From assembly GCA_947164795.1 (NCBI GenBank), contig CAMUXV010000001.1, positions 20,580 through 84,579 of the forward strand: 64,000 nt of DNA. Direction: 5' to 3'. The translations under genes were made by a program, and so were the position numbers. Under the pieces are notes generated by a model, which saw only the letters and a list, made by a program, of their open reading frames with translations, was not told the origin of the DNA and searched no databases. Position 1 is the stretch's first letter; each line of letters starts with the position of its first letter. This document shows positions 62,585 through 64,000 of this stretch, piece after piece. Source of the DNA: an uncultured Bacillales bacterium. GTDB taxonomy: Bacteria; Bacillota_I; Bacilli_A; RF39; UBA660.

Positions 62585-62800
62585 ATGGCAGAATTTCGTA
62601 AGAAAAGAAAAAAAGTATGTCATATGTGTTTAGGAAAATCAGTTGATTACAAAGATGTTAATGTTATTACTAAATATATAAGCGAAAATGGTAAGATATT
62701 ACCTAGAAGAGTAACTGGTACTTGTGCTAAACATCAAAGACATGTTGCTGAAGAAGTTAAAAAAGCAAGATTTATGGGATTTGTTCCATTTTGTAAATAA
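62585..62800 (+). CDS. rpsR: 30S ribosomal protein S18
   Basis: KKVCHMC..DYKDV...RRVTGTCAKHQR. Confidence 0.95.
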   Translation: MAEFRKKRKKVCHMCLGKSVDYKDVNVITKYISENGKILPRRVTGTCAKHQRHVAEEVKKARFMGFVPFCK

Positions 62801-62890
62801 TATAGTCTATATGGCTATATTTTTTCTTTTTATTTAATGACAAGATATGAAAAATATTGTATAATATTAGATGTAAAGGTGGGATGTTTT

Positions 62891-63334
62891 GTGAAGGTTA
62901 TTTTTCTTAAAGATGTGAAGGGGCAAGGTAAGAAAAATGAGATTAAAGAAGTAAGCGATGGATATGCTACGAACTTTTTAATTAAGAATGGTTATGCAGT
63001 TAAATATACAAAGTCTAGTGGTGATAGGTTAGATAAGACTTTAGAAAATGATAGGATTAATGAAGAAAAGAATCTTAAAGTAGCTAATGATATAAAAAAT
63101 AAATTAGAAAAAGAAAAAATTAGTTTTGAAGTTAAGACTGGTAAGGATAGTAGAGTATTTGGTTCTATTTCTAGTAAACAAATATATGAAAAACTAGTTG
63201 ATTTGGGTTATGATATTGATAAGAAAAAGATTATGATTAAAGATAATATATCTAATCTTGGTATTACTTATGTTGATATTGAATTATATAAAAAGGTGGT
63301 AGCAAAGGTTAGCGTTGAACTTGTTAAGAAGTAG
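62891..63334 (+). CDS. rplI: 50S ribosomal protein L9 (GTG start; ORF track start 62837 is upstream extension)
   Basis: [26 protein letters not shown]; AAGGTGG RBS before GTG 62891. Confidence 0.85.
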   Translation: MKVIFLKDVKGQGKKNEIKEVSDGYATNFLIKNGYAVKYTKSSGDRLDKTLENDRINEEKNLKVANDIKNKLEKEKISFEVKTGKDSRVFGSISSKQIYEKLVDLGYDIDKKKIMIKDNISNLGITYVDIELYKKVVAKVSVELVKK

Positions 63335-63342
63335 GTGAAATT

Positions 63343-64000
63343 ATGAATAGGGAACTTCCTAAAAATATTGAAGCAGAGAAGTGTTTGATTGGATCAATGT
63401 TTTGGTCTAGAGAATCTCTTCAAAAAGGATGCGAAGAAGTTTTTAGTGATATGTTTTATTTGGAGAGTCATAAAAAGATATTTGATGCTGTTCAAAGTTT
63501 ATATTTGAGTGATACTCCTGTTGATATTACTTCTCTTACTACTTATTTAATTAATGTAGAAAAGATTAATGAAGTGGGAGGAGTGGAATATTTAAATGAA
63601 GTTGTTAATAGTGTGGCTACGGGTGCTAATATAGAGTATTATATTGATTTGGTTAGTCAGAAATATACTCTTCGTAAGATGATTGAAGTGGCTACGGGTA
63701 TTGTGGCAAAGGCTAGCAAGGCAGACTCTGATGCTGCACAAACTATTGATGAAGCTGAAAAAGAGATACTTAATATTTCTAAATATAGAAGAGTTAGTGA
63801 ATTTAGAAAAGTACAGGATGTGCTTAGTAAAGCACAAAATGATTTAGAGATTTTAGCTAAAAATGGTGGTAAAATTAATGGACTTACTACTGGATTTGGA
63901 GAACTCGACAATTTAACGGAAGGATTTAAACCAACACAGCTTGTAATATTGGCTGCTAGACCTGCTGTTGGTAAAACTGCATTCGCTCTTAATTTAGCTT
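63343..64000 (+). CDS. dnaB: replicative DNA helicase DnaB, N-terminal ~219 aa (3' end outside window)
   Basis: EAEKCLIGSM...Walker A ARPAVGKTAFALN at window end; rpsF-ssb-rpsR-rplI-dnaB synteny. Confidence 0.9.
   Translation, partial: MNRELPKNIEAEKCLIGSMFWSRESLQKGCEEVFSDMFYLESHKKIFDAVQSLYLSDTPVDITSLTTYLINVEKINEVGGVEYLNEVVNSVATGANIEYYIDLVSQKYTLRKMIEVATGIVAKASKADSDAAQTIDEAEKEILNISKYRRVSEFRKVQDVLSKAQNDLEILAKNGGKINGLTTGFGELDNLTEGFKPTQLVILAARPAVGKTAFALNLA

Overview
Strongly AT-rich, low-GC Firmicutes chromosome segment (Clostridia/Erysipelotrichia-like) using the standard bacterial genetic code; UGA is a stop, as shown by the prfB recoding site. Most of the window is syntenic housekeeping. It runs from a 5'-truncated metG through tatD, a 3D-domain protein, spoIID, an M23 peptidase and mreB, then rpiB, dusB, lysS, a ClpC-like ATPase, AbgT, ychF, pepF, prfB (+1 programmed frameshift), yitT x2, ftsEX, dinB and tex. 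After the island come a SAM-riboswitch-controlled metK, czcD-like, AGCS, uvdE, a CarD-like regulator, capA, rpsF-ssb-rpsR-rplI and a 3'-truncated dnaB. A ~13.6 kb accessory island (about 38.64-52.26 kb) is embedded in this backbone and abuts the 3' end of a minus-strand tRNA-Gly(UCC). It carries a large serine recombinase, a MobV-type relaxase, a MazF-like fusion protein, a small radical-SAM protein, a tandem-HTH XRE repressor in a divergent switch, and a Panacea(DUF4065)-type antitoxin overlapping an unclassifiable partner ORF. It also carries a run of unannotatable genes, three of them driven by near-identical promoter-operator-RBS cassettes. The island therefore looks like an integrative mobilizable element with novel cargo. 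Smaller accessory insertions elsewhere include a class-III Fic locus with paralogous micro-ORFs (12.9-14.5 kb) and a 479-aa coiled-coil protein with a RelE/ParE-like C-terminus between mreB and rpiB. A conserved ATTAAC-N2-GTTAAT palindromic element recurs in three core intergenic regions. No CRISPR array, rRNA or IS transposase was seen.
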